This document shows positions 36,859 to 47,113 of a DNA stretch of 64,000 nucleotides, in pieces. The stretch is from Acidaminococcus sp. GTDB lineage: Bacteria > Bacillota > Negativicutes > Acidaminococcales > Acidaminococcaceae. Location of the stretch: contig NZ_JBNMIU010000004.1 in the NCBI RefSeq assembly GCF_050873445.1, positions 2,092 to 66,091 on the forward strand. The letters run 5' to 3'. Under the pieces are notes generated by a model. The model did no database searches. It was given only the letters and a program-made list of their open reading frames with translations, and was not told where the DNA came from. A program made the position numbers and the translations under genes. Numbering within the stretch: position 1 is the first letter of the stretch; each line of letters begins with the position of its first letter.

Positions 36859-38259
36859 ATGGATACCATCTACGTAAGCGTCCGGCCGGAAGAGACCCGT
36901 ATGGGGCTGGTCAAGGATGATAAGCTCCAGGAATATGCGGTGGAACGACGCCACTCGGACAATCTGGTGGGGAATGTGTATCGGGGCCGGGTGTCCAATG
37001 TGGTCCCCGGTATCCAGGCAGCTTTTATCGATCTGAATGTGGGAAAGAACGGTTTTCTGACTCTGCAGAAGGGGGAGAAGCTGTCGGAAGGACAGATGCT
37101 CCTGGTACAGGTGGTGAAGGACGCCCGGGGGAACAAAGGTCCGGCTGTGACCAGGAATGTCACCCTGCCGGGCCGGTATGTGGTGCTGGAACCCTACGGA
37201 AATCGCATCAGTCTGTCCCGGAAGATTACCTGCAAGACACAGCGGAAAGTGCTGCGGGAATGGGCGGAGGAACTGCTGCCGGAGCATATGGGGCTGGTCA
37301 TCCGTACGGCGGCAGCCCAGGCGGAGGAAGAGGATATCCGGGCCGATCTGGAGCAGCTGCTCCGCAGCTGGGATGTGCTGCTGCGCCGGAGCAAGGTGGG
37401 ACGGGGAGCCCAGCTGCTGTACCGGGAACTGGACCTGGCCATCCGGCTGATCCGTGATTATGCCACGCCGAAAATCCAGCGCATCATCGTAGATGAGGAA
37501 AACACCTGCCGGCGGCTGGAGGAACTGCTGAAGGAGATGGGGCTGTCCCAGATCCAGGTAAAGTGGTACAAGGGGAAGGAAGATCTGTTCTCCTTCTATC
37601 ACCTGGATGAAGATATCGAAAGTATTTCTGACCGGGTGGTGTGGCTGCCGGGGGGCGGTTACCTGGTGTTCGATTACACGGAGGCCATGACCGTCATCGA
37701 TGTGAACAGCGGCAAGTTCGCTTCGGCGGCAGATCGGGACGCCACCAGCATGGTCACCAACCGGGAGGCGGCCCGGGAAATCGCCCGTCAGCTGCGGCTG
37801 CGGGACATCGGCGGCATCATCGTGGCTGACTTCATCGACATGGATAGCCGGGAGGAGCAGGAGGAAATCCTGCAGATATTGAAGCACGCTTTTGCTTCTG
37901 ACAAGATGAAACCCAAGGTCATCGATATTACCCATCTGAACCTGGTGGAAATGACCCGGATGAAGGCGCGGAAGAACTTATCCAGTATCCTGTACAGCAC
38001 CTGTCCTCTGTGCGGAGGCAGCGGCCGGGTGGAATCTCCAGAGAGCGTGTATGTGGAGATCCGGCGTCGGCTGCGCAGCAGTTTCAATGAGGGAAATATG
38101 AGCCATACCCTGCTGCTGACGGTCCATCCCATGGTTTACAGCTGGCTGCGGGAAAAGGGTGTGAAGGATATGGAGAAGGAATTCCACTGCACCCTGAAGC
38201 TGGCCAGTGATCCGGCTCTGGAAGCAGGCGTCTTTGCCTTGCTGGCGGTGGATCATTGA
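36859..38259 (+). CDS. rng: Ribonuclease G/E family protein
   Basis: S1 domain (GNVYRGRVSNVVPGIQAAFIDLN) plus an RNase E/G catalytic core (...VIDVNSGKF...). Confidence 0.85.
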   Translation: MDTIYVSVRPEETRMGLVKDDKLQEYAVERRHSDNLVGNVYRGRVSNVVPGIQAAFIDLNVGKNGFLTLQKGEKLSEGQMLLVQVVKDARGNKGPAVTRNVTLPGRYVVLEPYGNRISLSRKITCKTQRKVLREWAEELLPEHMGLVIRTAAAQAEEEDIRADLEQLLRSWDVLLRRSKVGRGAQLLYRELDLAIRLIRDYATPKIQRIIVDEENTCRRLEELLKEMGLSQIQVKWYKGKEDLFSFYHLDEDIESISDRVVWLPGGGYLVFDYTEAMTVIDVNSGKFASAADRDATSMVTNREAAREIARQLRLRDIGGIIVADFIDMDSREEQEEILQILKHAFASDKMKPKVIDITHLNLVEMTRMKARKNLSSILYSTCPLCGGSGRVESPESVYVEIRRRLRSSFNEGNMSHTLLLTVHPMVYSWLREKGVKDMEKEFHCTLKLASDPALEAGVFALLAVDH

Positions 38260-38283
38260 CTCTGGAGAGAAAGGGGAACCATC

Positions 38284-39732
38284 ATGGAATTACGGCTTCC
38301 TTCTTATGTGAATCAAGTGCTGGATATATTGCTTGCAGCCGGTTATGAGGCTCATGTGGTGGGCGGTGCCGTTCGGGATCTGCTGCTGGGACGGGTGCCT
38401 GACGATTACGATGTGGTGACCAACGCCCGGCCGGACGAGATCAGGCAGGTGGCGGAGCAGGCTGGTCTTCCAGTGATCAGTGAACTGGGGCAGAACTTCG
38501 GGGTGGTCATCCTGCGGGTGGAGAAACATGGGGTGGAAGTGGCCGCCTACCGGAACGAAGCCTACGGAGTGGAGGATGCTCACCGGCCGGCAGCGGTCTG
38601 GTATTGCCGGACCTTGGAAGAAGACTTGGCCCGCCGGGATTTCACCATCAATGCCCTGGCCCTGGGGCAGGACGGAGAAATCATCGACTGTTTCCATGGA
38701 CTGGAGGATTTGCACGGCCGGGTGCTGCGCACCGTGGGGGATGCAAATCAGCGGTTCCAGGAGGATGCCCTGCGCATGTTCAGAGCCTGCCGGTTCATTG
38801 GCCAGCTGGGCTTTGCTCCGGATCCTTCCATCCTGCCTGCCATCCGGAAGAACCTGGAACGGGTCCGGGGTCTTTCTCTGGAGCGGGTGCGTACGGAACT
38901 GAACAAGCTGCTGATGGGTACCTGGGCAGGGGAAGGCATGGATCTGATGGTACGCAGCGGCCTGGCAGCGGAAAGCTGCCGAATCAAGAAACAGGGAAAA
39001 TATGAAGCAGTGCCCATTCTGCCGGAATTGGAACATCTGGTGGATCTGCCTCAGAACCCCTGTTTTCACCGGTTCGATGCCTGGAAGCATACGGCAGTGG
39101 CTCTGGATAAAGGGGACCGGAGCCTGGAAGTGGGCTGGGCTCTGCTGCTCCACGATGTGGCCAAGGGACTGGAGGGAGTCCGGGGCGTCAACAAAGAAGG
39201 AATGCCCAGTGACCATGGCCACGAAGCGGTAGGGACAGCCATGGCCCGGCAGATCCTGAACCGGCTGCGGCTGCCCTGGGAAACGGTAGAACGGGTGGCC
39301 TGGCTGGTGAAGAACCATATGCATTTTGGCTTTATCAGCGCTCAGGAAGATGACAAGACCTGGCGCTGGCTGCGGAAAGAGGCCCGCAGCGGCCATTTCA
39401 GGGTGAATAAGGAAATGGCAGAGGCTTTCAAGCAGCTGACGGCTGTATGCATCGCCGATGTGGCTGCTACCAACGCAGACAAGAACGACGTAATCCATGT
39501 CCAGATGTACGGCAAACGGCTGGTGAAGATGGCATATCTCATGCCCGTCCATACTTCGGATCTGGATTTTTCCGGCCGGGATGCCCTGGCTCTGGGTGCC
39601 CGTCCGGCACAGCTGAAGGAACTGATGCCCGTACTGCTCCGGCGGGTCCAGGATGGTACCCTGAAAAACGCTCCAGCGGAACTGGGCGAAGCCGTGAAGC
39701 GGTGGCTGAAGCGTCAGGAACAGGCGGAATGA
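38284..39732 (+). CDS. cca: CCA tRNA nucleotidyltransferase / poly(A) polymerase family protein with HD domain
   Basis: GGAVRDLLLG...DYDV nucleotidyltransferase motif and the LLLHDVAKG HD motif. Confidence 0.85.
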   Translation: MELRLPSYVNQVLDILLAAGYEAHVVGGAVRDLLLGRVPDDYDVVTNARPDEIRQVAEQAGLPVISELGQNFGVVILRVEKHGVEVAAYRNEAYGVEDAHRPAAVWYCRTLEEDLARRDFTINALALGQDGEIIDCFHGLEDLHGRVLRTVGDANQRFQEDALRMFRACRFIGQLGFAPDPSILPAIRKNLERVRGLSLERVRTELNKLLMGTWAGEGMDLMVRSGLAAESCRIKKQGKYEAVPILPELEHLVDLPQNPCFHRFDAWKHTAVALDKGDRSLEVGWALLLHDVAKGLEGVRGVNKEGMPSDHGHEAVGTAMARQILNRLRLPWETVERVAWLVKNHMHFGFISAQEDDKTWRWLRKEARSGHFRVNKEMAEAFKQLTAVCIADVAATNADKNDVIHVQMYGKRLVKMAYLMPVHTSDLDFSGRDALALGARPAQLKELMPVLLRRVQDGTLKNAPAELGEAVKRWLKRQEQAE

Positions 39733-39747
39733 CAATATATTTGGAAA

Positions 39748-39786
39748 GAAAAAGAAGGTGTTTCTTATGAAACACCTTCTTTTTTG
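39748..39786 (+). terminator. Intrinsic terminator after cca
   Basis: AGAAGGTGTTTC TTAT GAAACACCTTCT followed by TTTTT. Confidence 0.85.
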
Positions 39787-39909
39787 TGTAAAGATTGATG
39801 TAAAAGAACACAAAAAAACGCCATTTTGCTACAAGTTATTAGAATTCTTATATATTTTCAAAAAAATCAACGAATGAGGTCAAGAAAGATTTAAAAAAAA
39901 AATTATTTG

Positions 39910-39918
39910 TGTTATAAT
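39910..39918 (+). promoter_or_regulatory. Extended -10 promoter candidate for the hydroxyglutarate operon (TGtTATAAT)
   Basis: TGT + TATAAT at 39910-39918, preceded by a long A-tract (UP-like). This leaves a ~130 nt leader before gctA. Confidence 0.45.
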
Positions 39919-40054
39919 CATTTCGTACACTGAATACAGTCGGTCCAACCGGAGTGCGAATGTAAAAAATACTCATAAAGGGGGATGGATTATTTCTTAG
40001 AGGAGGATTCCGGTTGTTTCAGAAACTGGTTTGGATCATAAGGAGGTTTTTGCT

Positions 40055-41017
40055 TTGAGTAAAGTAATGACGTTAAAAGACGCAATCGCAAAGTACGTAC
40101 ACAGCGGTGATCACATTGCTCTGGGTGGCTTTACGACTGACCGTAAACCGTATGCAGCTGTGTATGAAATCCTGAGACAGGGTATCACTGACCTGACCGG
40201 CCTGAGCGGCGCTGCCGGCGGCGACTGGGATATGCTGATCGGCAATGGCCGTGTGAAAGCCTACATCAACTGCTACACTGCCAACTCTGGTGTAACCAAC
40301 GTTTCCAGACGGTTCAGAAAATGGTTCGAAGCCGGCAAACTGACCATGGAAGACTACTCCCAGGACGTAATCTACATGATGTGGCATGCCGCTGCTCTGG
40401 GTCTGCCGTTCCTGCCTGTAACCCTGATGCAGGGCTCTGGCCTGACCGATGAATGGGGCATCAGCAAAGAAGTTCGCAAAACTCTGGATAAGGTGCCCGA
40501 TGACAAATTCAAATATATCGACAACCCCTTCAAGCCGGGTGAAAAAGTCGTGGCTGTACCGGTTCCGCAAATCGATGTGGCCATCATCCATGCCCAGCAG
40601 GCTTCTCCGGATGGCACCGTTCGCATCTGGGGCGGCAAATTCCAGGATGTGGATATTGCTGAAGCTGCTAAATATACCATTGTTACCTGCGAAGAAATCG
40701 TCAGCAATGAAGAAATCCGCAGAGATCCCACCAAGAATGATATCCCCGGCATGTGCGTAGATGCTGTGGTACTGGCTCCTTATGGTGCTCATCCTTCTCA
40801 GTGCTATGGCCTGTATGACTATGATAATCCGTTCCTGAAAGTCTATGACGTAGTCAGCAAGACCCAGGAAGACTTCGATGCCTTCTGCAAAGAATGGGTG
40901 TTTGACCTGAAAGATCATGACGAATACCTGAACAAACTGGGTGCTACCCGTCTGATCAACCTGAAGGTTGTTCCTGGTCTGGGCTATCATATCGACATGA
41001 CGAAGGAGGACAAATAA
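40055..41017 (+). CDS. gctA: Glutaconate CoA-transferase subunit A
   Basis: TTG start with AAGGAGG 8 nt upstream gives (M)SKVMTLKDAIAKYVHSGDHIALGGFTTDRKPY..., 320 aa. This matches the A. fermentans GctA N-terminus as I remember it. Confidence 0.95.
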   Translation: MSKVMTLKDAIAKYVHSGDHIALGGFTTDRKPYAAVYEILRQGITDLTGLSGAAGGDWDMLIGNGRVKAYINCYTANSGVTNVSRRFRKWFEAGKLTMEDYSQDVIYMMWHAAALGLPFLPVTLMQGSGLTDEWGISKEVRKTLDKVPDDKFKYIDNPFKPGEKVVAVPVPQIDVAIIHAQQASPDGTVRIWGGKFQDVDIAEAAKYTIVTCEEIVSNEEIRRDPTKNDIPGMCVDAVVLAPYGAHPSQCYGLYDYDNPFLKVYDVVSKTQEDFDAFCKEWVFDLKDHDEYLNKLGATRLINLKVVPGLGYHIDMTKEDK

Positions 41018-41019
41018 CA

Positions 41020-41823
41020 ATGGCTGATTACACGAATTATACCAATAAAGAAATGCAGGCTGTGACCATTGCCAAGCAGATCAAAAATGGTCAGGTCGTA
41101 ACCGTTGGTACCGGCCTGCCTCTGATCGGCGCCAGCGTGGCCAAGAGAGTATATGCTCCTGACTGCCATATCATCGTGGAAAGTGGTCTGATGGACTGCT
41201 CTCCTGTTGAAGTTCCCCGTTCCGTAGGTGACCTGCGGTTCATGGCTCATTGCGGCTGCATCTGGCCGAACGTCCGGTTCGTTGGTTTTGAAATCAACGA
41301 ATACCTGCACAAGGCAGACCGTCTGATCGCTTTCATCGGCGGTGCTCAGATCGACCCGTACGGCAACGTGAACTCCACCTCCATCGGTGACTACCATCAT
41401 CCGAAAACCCGTTTCACCGGGTCCGGCGGCGCCAACGGCATTGCTACGTACTCCAACACCATTATCATGATGCAGCATGAAAAACGCAGATTCATGAAAC
41501 AGATCGACTATGTGACCAGCCCGGGCTGGATCGATGGCCCTGGCGGACGTGAAAGACTGGGTCTGCCCGGTGATGTAGGTCCGCAACTGGTCGTAACCGA
41601 TAAAGGGATCCTGAAATTCGATCCGAAGACCAAACGGATGTACCTGGCTGCCTACTATCCTTCTTCTTCTCCGGAAGATGTACTGGAAAACACGGGCTTC
41701 GATCTGGATGTTTCCCAGGCTGTTGAACTGGAACCGCCTGATCCTGCCGTTATCAAACTGATCCGTGAAGAAATCGACCCGGGCCAGGCTTTCATTAAAG
41801 TCCCTGTTCCGGAAGCAAAATAA
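41020..41823 (+). CDS. gctB: Glutaconate CoA-transferase subunit B
   Basis: 267 aa (MADYTNYTNKEMQAVTIAKQIKNGQVV...), immediately after gctA. Confidence 0.95.
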   Translation: MADYTNYTNKEMQAVTIAKQIKNGQVVTVGTGLPLIGASVAKRVYAPDCHIIVESGLMDCSPVEVPRSVGDLRFMAHCGCIWPNVRFVGFEINEYLHKADRLIAFIGGAQIDPYGNVNSTSIGDYHHPKTRFTGSGGANGIATYSNTIIMMQHEKRRFMKQIDYVTSPGWIDGPGGRERLGLPGDVGPQLVVTDKGILKFDPKTKRMYLAAYYPSSSPEDVLENTGFDLDVSQAVELEPPDPAVIKLIREEIDPGQAFIKVPVPEAK

Positions 41824-41846
41824 ACCATTCAGGAGGAAAAATTTAA

Positions 41847-43610
41847 ATGGGTTTCTACTCTATGCCTAGATATTTTCAACAACTGCCTCAAGTAGGCAAA
41901 CCGCTGAAAAAAGCAGATGCTGACAATACCGAAAAGCTGAAGAAAATCGAAGACGAGATCCATGCGCTGATCCAACAAGCGCAGGATGCCGGTAAGGCTG
42001 ATGCTGACGTCAACAAGAGAGGCGAACTGACTGCCCGCCAGAGATTGGAAAAACTGGTGGAACCTGGTACTTGGAGACCGCTGAACAGCCTGTTCAACCC
42101 CCAGGGCAACAAGAATGGTTCTGTGGGTATCCTGAAGGGCCTGGGCCGTGTAAACGGCAAATGGTGCGTGATTGTTGCTTCCGATAACAAGAAGCTGGCC
42201 GGTGCCTGGGTGCCTGGGCAGGCTGAATGCCTGCTGCGGGCTTCCGATACCGCCAAGACCCTGCACATTCCTCTGGTGTATGTGCTGAACTGCTCCGGCG
42301 TTAAATTCGATGAACAGGAAAAAGTATATCCCAACCGTCGCGGCGGCGGTACTCCTTTCTTCCGCAATGCTGCACTGAATCAGATGGGCGTTCCTGTCAT
42401 CGTAGGAATCTACGGGACGAACCCTGCAGGCGGCGGCTACCATTCCATCAGCCCGACTGTGATCATCGCTCATGAAAAAGCCAACATGGCTGTAGGCGGT
42501 GCCGGCATCATGGGCGGCATGAACCCCAAAGGCCATGTGGATACGGAATATGCCAACGAAATCGCTGATATGGTGGATCGCTCCGGCAAGACTGAACCTC
42601 CGGGAGCTGTCGACATCCACTATACGGAAACCGGTTTCATCCGCGAAGTGTACGCTTCTGAAGAAGGCGTCCTGGAAGGCATCAAGAAATATGTAGGCAT
42701 GCTGCCGAAATATGATCCTGAATTCTTCCGTGTAGACGATCCGAAAGAACCTGCTTTCCCGGCTGACGATCTGTACAGCATGGTCCCGCTGAACGACAAA
42801 CGGGCTTATGATATCTACAATGTAATCGGCCGTCTGTTCGATAACAGCGAATTCAAAGAATACAAGAAAGGCTATGGCCCTGAAATGGTTACGGGCATGG
42901 CCAAAGTCAACGGTCTGCTGGTTGGTGTTGTGGCCAACGTCCAGGGCCTGCTGATGAACTATCCTGAATACAAGGCTGCCGGCTCTGTGGGTATCGGCGG
43001 CAAGCTGTATCGCCAGGGCCTGATGAAGATGAACGAATTCGTCGCTCTGTGCACCAGAGACCGTCTGCCCATCGTATGGATCCAGGACACCACTGGTATC
43101 GATGTAGGCAATGATGCAGAAAAGGCTGAACTGCTGGGTCTGGGTCAATCCCTGATCTATTCCATCCAGAGTTCCAAGATTCCGCAATTCGAAATCACTC
43201 TGAGAAAAGGTACTGCTGCTGCCCACTATGTACTGGGTGGCCCGCAGGGCAATGATACCAACGCTTTCTCCATCGGTACTGCCGCTACGGAAATCGCCGT
43301 TATGAACGGTGAAACCGCTGCTACGGCCATGTACTCCCGGAGACTGGCCAAAGACCGGAAAGCCGGTAAGGACCTGCAGCCGACCATCGACAAGATGAAT
43401 ACCCTGATGCAGGCATTCTACACCAAATCTCGTCCGAAAGTTTGCGCCGAACTGGGCCTGGTGGACGAAATCGTGGATATGAACAAACTGCGTGGCTATG
43501 TGGTTGCCTTTACGGAAGCTGCTTACCAGAATCCGGAAAGCATCTGCCCGTTCCATCAAATGCTGCTGCCTCGTGCCATCAGAGAGTTCGACACTTTCGT
43601 AAAGAAATAA
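41847..43610 (+). CDS. gcdA: Glutaconyl-CoA decarboxylase alpha subunit (carboxyltransferase)
   Basis: 587 aa carboxyltransferase-fold protein in the gct-gcd-hgd gene order. Confidence 0.95.
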   Translation: MGFYSMPRYFQQLPQVGKPLKKADADNTEKLKKIEDEIHALIQQAQDAGKADADVNKRGELTARQRLEKLVEPGTWRPLNSLFNPQGNKNGSVGILKGLGRVNGKWCVIVASDNKKLAGAWVPGQAECLLRASDTAKTLHIPLVYVLNCSGVKFDEQEKVYPNRRGGGTPFFRNAALNQMGVPVIVGIYGTNPAGGGYHSISPTVIIAHEKANMAVGGAGIMGGMNPKGHVDTEYANEIADMVDRSGKTEPPGAVDIHYTETGFIREVYASEEGVLEGIKKYVGMLPKYDPEFFRVDDPKEPAFPADDLYSMVPLNDKRAYDIYNVIGRLFDNSEFKEYKKGYGPEMVTGMAKVNGLLVGVVANVQGLLMNYPEYKAAGSVGIGGKLYRQGLMKMNEFVALCTRDRLPIVWIQDTTGIDVGNDAEKAELLGLGQSLIYSIQSSKIPQFEITLRKGTAAAHYVLGGPQGNDTNAFSIGTAATEIAVMNGETAATAMYSRRLAKDRKAGKDLQPTIDKMNTLMQAFYTKSRPKVCAELGLVDEIVDMNKLRGYVVAFTEAAYQNPESICPFHQMLLPRAIREFDTFVKK

Positions 43611-43632
43611 TTCTTACGGAGGCTAACCATTC

Positions 43633-44424
43633 ATGAGTATCTATACCTTGGGAATCGATGTTGGATCTACGGCATCCAAGTGCGTTATCCTGAAAGACGG
43701 AAAAGACATCGTGGCAAAATCCCTGGTAGACGTGGGGACCGGTACATCCGGTCCCGCACGTTCTATTAAGGAAGTGCTGGAAAATGCCCACATGAAGCGG
43801 GAAGATATGGCCTTTACCCTGGCTACCGGCTACGGACGCAATTCGCTGGAAGGCATTGCTGACAAACAGATGAGCGAACTGAGCTGCCATGCCATGGGTG
43901 CCAGTTTCCTGTGGCCCAATGTCCATACGGTCATCGATATCGGCGGCCAGGATGTGAAGGTCATCCATGTGGATAACGGTGCCTTGACCAATTTCCAGAT
44001 GAATGATAAATGCGCTGCCGGGACAGGCCGTTTCCTGGATGTAATGGCAAATATCCTGGAGGTGAAAGTTTCTCAGTTGGCTGAGCTGGGTGCCCAGTCT
44101 AAGAAACGGATCTCCATCAGCTCCACTTGTACGGTATTTGCCGAAAGTGAAGTCATCAGCCAGCTGTCCAAAGGCGCGGATAAGGTCGACATCATTGCCG
44201 GGATCCATCGTTCCGTAGCCAGCCGTGTCGTCGGCCTTGCCAACCGGGTGGGGGTTGTGAAGGACGTAGTGATGACGGGCGGTGTGGCCCAGAACTATGG
44301 TGTGAGACAGGCCTTGGAAGAAGGTCTTGGTGTGGAAATCAAGACATCTCCTCTGGCACAGTATAATGGTGCCCTGGGTGCTGCCCTGTATGCATATAAA
44401 AAAGCGTTGAAAAATCAAGCGTAA
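43633..44424 (+). CDS. hgdC: (R)-2-hydroxyglutaryl-CoA dehydratase activator (ATP-dependent, BcrAD/BadFG family)
   Basis: LGIDVGSTASKCVIL N-terminal ATPase motif, 263 aa. Confidence 0.95.
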   Translation: MSIYTLGIDVGSTASKCVILKDGKDIVAKSLVDVGTGTSGPARSIKEVLENAHMKREDMAFTLATGYGRNSLEGIADKQMSELSCHAMGASFLWPNVHTVIDIGGQDVKVIHVDNGALTNFQMNDKCAAGTGRFLDVMANILEVKVSQLAELGAQSKKRISISSTCTVFAESEVISQLSKGADKVDIIAGIHRSVASRVVGLANRVGVVKDVVMTGGVAQNYGVRQALEEGLGVEIKTSPLAQYNGALGAALYAYKKALKNQA

Positions 44425-44458
44425 GCGTGATTTCATTTCGAGAGAAGGAAGGATCATT

Positions 44459-45892
44459 ATGCCAAAGAAAGTAAGCCCTGGCGTTCAGGCATTGAGAGAT
44501 GTAGTTGAAAAGGTTTACAGAGAATTGCGGGAAGCCAAAGAAAGAGGAGAAAAAGTAGGCTGGTCCTCTTCCAAGTTCCCCTGCGAATTGGCTGAATCTT
44601 TCGGTCTGCACGTAGGTTATCCTGAAAACCAGGCTGCTGGTATCGCTGCCAACCGTGACGGTGAAGTAATGTGCCAGGCTGCTGAAGATATGGGATACGA
44701 TAACGATATCTGCGGGTATGCCCGGATTTCCCTGGCTTATTCTGCCGGTTATCGTGGTGCCAATAAGATGGACAAAGATGGCAACTACGTCATCAACCCC
44801 AACAGCGGCAAACAGAAGAAAGACGAAAACGGCAAGAAGGTCTTTGATGAAAACGGCAAACCCGTAATCGATCCCAAGACGCTGAAACCGTATCCGACTG
44901 TTGATAACATTTATGAAATTGCTGCTCTGCCCGAAGGGGAAGAAAAGACCCGCCGGCAGAATGCACTGCATAAATATCGTCAGATGACCATGCCTCAGCC
45001 GGACTTCCTGCTGTGCTGCAACAACATCTGCAACTGCATGACCAAATGGTATGAAGACATTGCCCGTCGTCATAACATTCCCCTGATCATGATCGATGTT
45101 CCTTACAATGAATTCGACCATGTAAACGAATCCAACGTAAAATATATCCGTGCTCAGCTGGATACGGCCATCCATCAAATGGAAGAAATCTCCGGCAAGA
45201 AGTTCGATGAAGACAAGTTCGAACAATGCTGCCAGAACGCCAACCGTACTGCTAAAGCTTGGTTGAAGGTTTGCGACTATCTGCAATACAAACCGGCTCC
45301 GTTCAACGGGTTCGATTTGTTCAACCACATGGCTGATGTAGTAACCGCTCGTGGCCGTGTAGAAGCTGCTGAAGCTTTCGAACTGCTGGCCAGCGAACTG
45401 GAACAGCATGTAAAAGAGGGTACCACCACTGCTCCGTTCAAAGAACAGCATCGTATCATGTTCGAAGGTATCCCCTGCTGGCCGAAACTGCCGAACCTGT
45501 TCAAACCGCTGAAAGCCAACGGCCTGAACATCACCGGCGTTGTGTATGCTCCTGCTTTTGGGTTCGTGTACGACAACTTGGATGGTCTGGTCAAAGCCTA
45601 CTGCAAAGCGCCTAACTCCGTCAGCATCGAACAAGGTGTTGCTTGGCGTGAAGGTCTGATCCGTGACAACAAGGTCGACGGTGTACTGGTCCATTACAAC
45701 CGGTCCTGCAAACCTTGGAGCGGTTATATGCCTGAAATGCAGCGCCGGTTCACCAAAGACATGGGTATCCCCACTGCCGGATTCGACGGTGACCAGGCTG
45801 ACCCGAGAAACTTCAATGCGGCTCAGTATGAGACCCGTGTTCAAGGCTTGGTCGAAGCCATGGAAGCAAATGATGAAAAGAAGGGGAAATAA
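44459..45892 (+). CDS. hgdA: (R)-2-hydroxyglutaryl-CoA dehydratase alpha subunit
   Basis: 477 aa 2-hydroxyacyl-CoA dehydratase D-component. Identified by gene order and length. Confidence 0.95.
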   Translation: MPKKVSPGVQALRDVVEKVYRELREAKERGEKVGWSSSKFPCELAESFGLHVGYPENQAAGIAANRDGEVMCQAAEDMGYDNDICGYARISLAYSAGYRGANKMDKDGNYVINPNSGKQKKDENGKKVFDENGKPVIDPKTLKPYPTVDNIYEIAALPEGEEKTRRQNALHKYRQMTMPQPDFLLCCNNICNCMTKWYEDIARRHNIPLIMIDVPYNEFDHVNESNVKYIRAQLDTAIHQMEEISGKKFDEDKFEQCCQNANRTAKAWLKVCDYLQYKPAPFNGFDLFNHMADVVTARGRVEAAEAFELLASELEQHVKEGTTTAPFKEQHRIMFEGIPCWPKLPNLFKPLKANGLNITGVVYAPAFGFVYDNLDGLVKAYCKAPNSVSIEQGVAWREGLIRDNKVDGVLVHYNRSCKPWSGYMPEMQRRFTKDMGIPTAGFDGDQADPRNFNAAQYETRVQGLVEAMEANDEKKGK

Positions 45893-45894
45893 CA

Positions 45895-47034
45895 ATGGCT
45901 ATCAGTGCACTGCTTGATGAATTCAAACAAATCTCTGCCAGCCCGAAAACCATGCTGGCAAAATATAAAGCCCAGGGTAAAAAAGCCATCGGCTGTCTGC
46001 CTTACTATAGCCCGGAAGAACTGGTCTATGCTGCAGGCATGGTTCCCATGGGTGTATGGGGCTGCAACGGCAAACAGGAAGTCCGTTCCAAGGAATATTG
46101 CGCTTCTTTCTACTGCACCGTTGCCCAACAATCCCTGGAAATGCTGCTGGACGGCACTCTGGACGGCCTGGACGGCATTATCACTACGGTTCTGTGCGAT
46201 ACCCTGCGTCCTATGAGCCAGAATTTCAAAGTTGCCATGGCTGGCAAGATGCCTGTCATTTTCCTGGCTCATCCGCAGGTCCGTCAAACTGCTGCCGGCC
46301 GCCAGTTCACCTATGATGCCTACAATGAAGTGAAGGGCCATCTGGAAGAAATCTGCGGTCATGAAATCACCAACGATGCCATCAAAGATGCCATCAAAGT
46401 GTACAATAAGAGCCGTCAGGCCCGCCGTGAATTCTGCAAACTGGCCAACGAACATCCGGATCTGATTCCGGCTTCTGCTCGTGCTGCTGTTCTGCGTGCA
46501 GCTTACTTCATGCTGAAGGATGAATATACCGCAAAGCTGGAAGAACTGAACAAAGAACTGGCTGCTGCTCCGGCTGGCAAGTTCGATGGCCACAAAGTGG
46601 TTGTTTCCGGTATCATCTACAATATGCCCGGCGTGCTGAAAGCTATGGACGACAACAAGCTGGTCGTAGCTGCAGATGACTGCGCTTACGAAAGCCGCAG
46701 CTTCGCAGTGGATGCTCCGGAAGACCTGGATAATGGTCTGCAGGCCCTGGCTGTACAGTTCTCCAAACAGAAGAACGATGTACTGCTGTACGACCCGACT
46801 TATCAACAAAACACTCGTGCTGAATATGTGTGCCAGCTGGTAAAAGACAGCGGCGCTGAAGGTGTTGTGGTCTTCATGATGCAATTCTGCGATCCGGAAG
46901 AAATGGAATATCCTGACCTGAAGAAGGCTCTGGATGCCCATCACATTCCTCATGTGAAGATCGGTGTGGATCAACAGACCCGTGACTTCGGGCAAGCCCA
47001 GACCGCTCTGGAAGCTTTTGCAGAAAGCCTGTAA
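45895..47034 (+). CDS. hgdB: (R)-2-hydroxyglutaryl-CoA dehydratase beta subunit
   Basis: 379 aa with a 2-nt gap after hgdA. Confidence 0.95.
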   Translation: MAISALLDEFKQISASPKTMLAKYKAQGKKAIGCLPYYSPEELVYAAGMVPMGVWGCNGKQEVRSKEYCASFYCTVAQQSLEMLLDGTLDGLDGIITTVLCDTLRPMSQNFKVAMAGKMPVIFLAHPQVRQTAAGRQFTYDAYNEVKGHLEEICGHEITNDAIKDAIKVYNKSRQARREFCKLANEHPDLIPASARAAVLRAAYFMLKDEYTAKLEELNKELAAAPAGKFDGHKVVVSGIIYNMPGVLKAMDDNKLVVAADDCAYESRSFAVDAPEDLDNGLQALAVQFSKQKNDVLLYDPTYQQNTRAEYVCQLVKDSGAEGVVVFMMQFCDPEEMEYPDLKKALDAHHIPHVKIGVDQQTRDFGQAQTALEAFAESL

Positions 47035-47043
47035 GATTACGAT

Positions 47044-47081
47044 AAAAGAGGGAACTGTGGAAATCACAGTTCCCTCTTTTG
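47044..47081 (+). terminator. Strong intrinsic terminator after hgdB
   Basis: AGAGGGAACTGTG (47047-47059), loop GAAAT, CACAGTTCCCTCT (47065-47077), then TTTT. Confidence 0.85.
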
Positions 47082-47113
47082 CGATTTGGGTATCGAATTT
47101 TTGGCTTAAAAAT

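Noticed and set aside
39983-40039. 18-codon upstream ORF (MDYFLEEDSGCFRNWFGS) in the hgd leader.
   Set aside because: The G-rich tract abuts the ATG with no spacer, so initiation is unlikely. It is kept only as a remote possibility for leader-peptide control.
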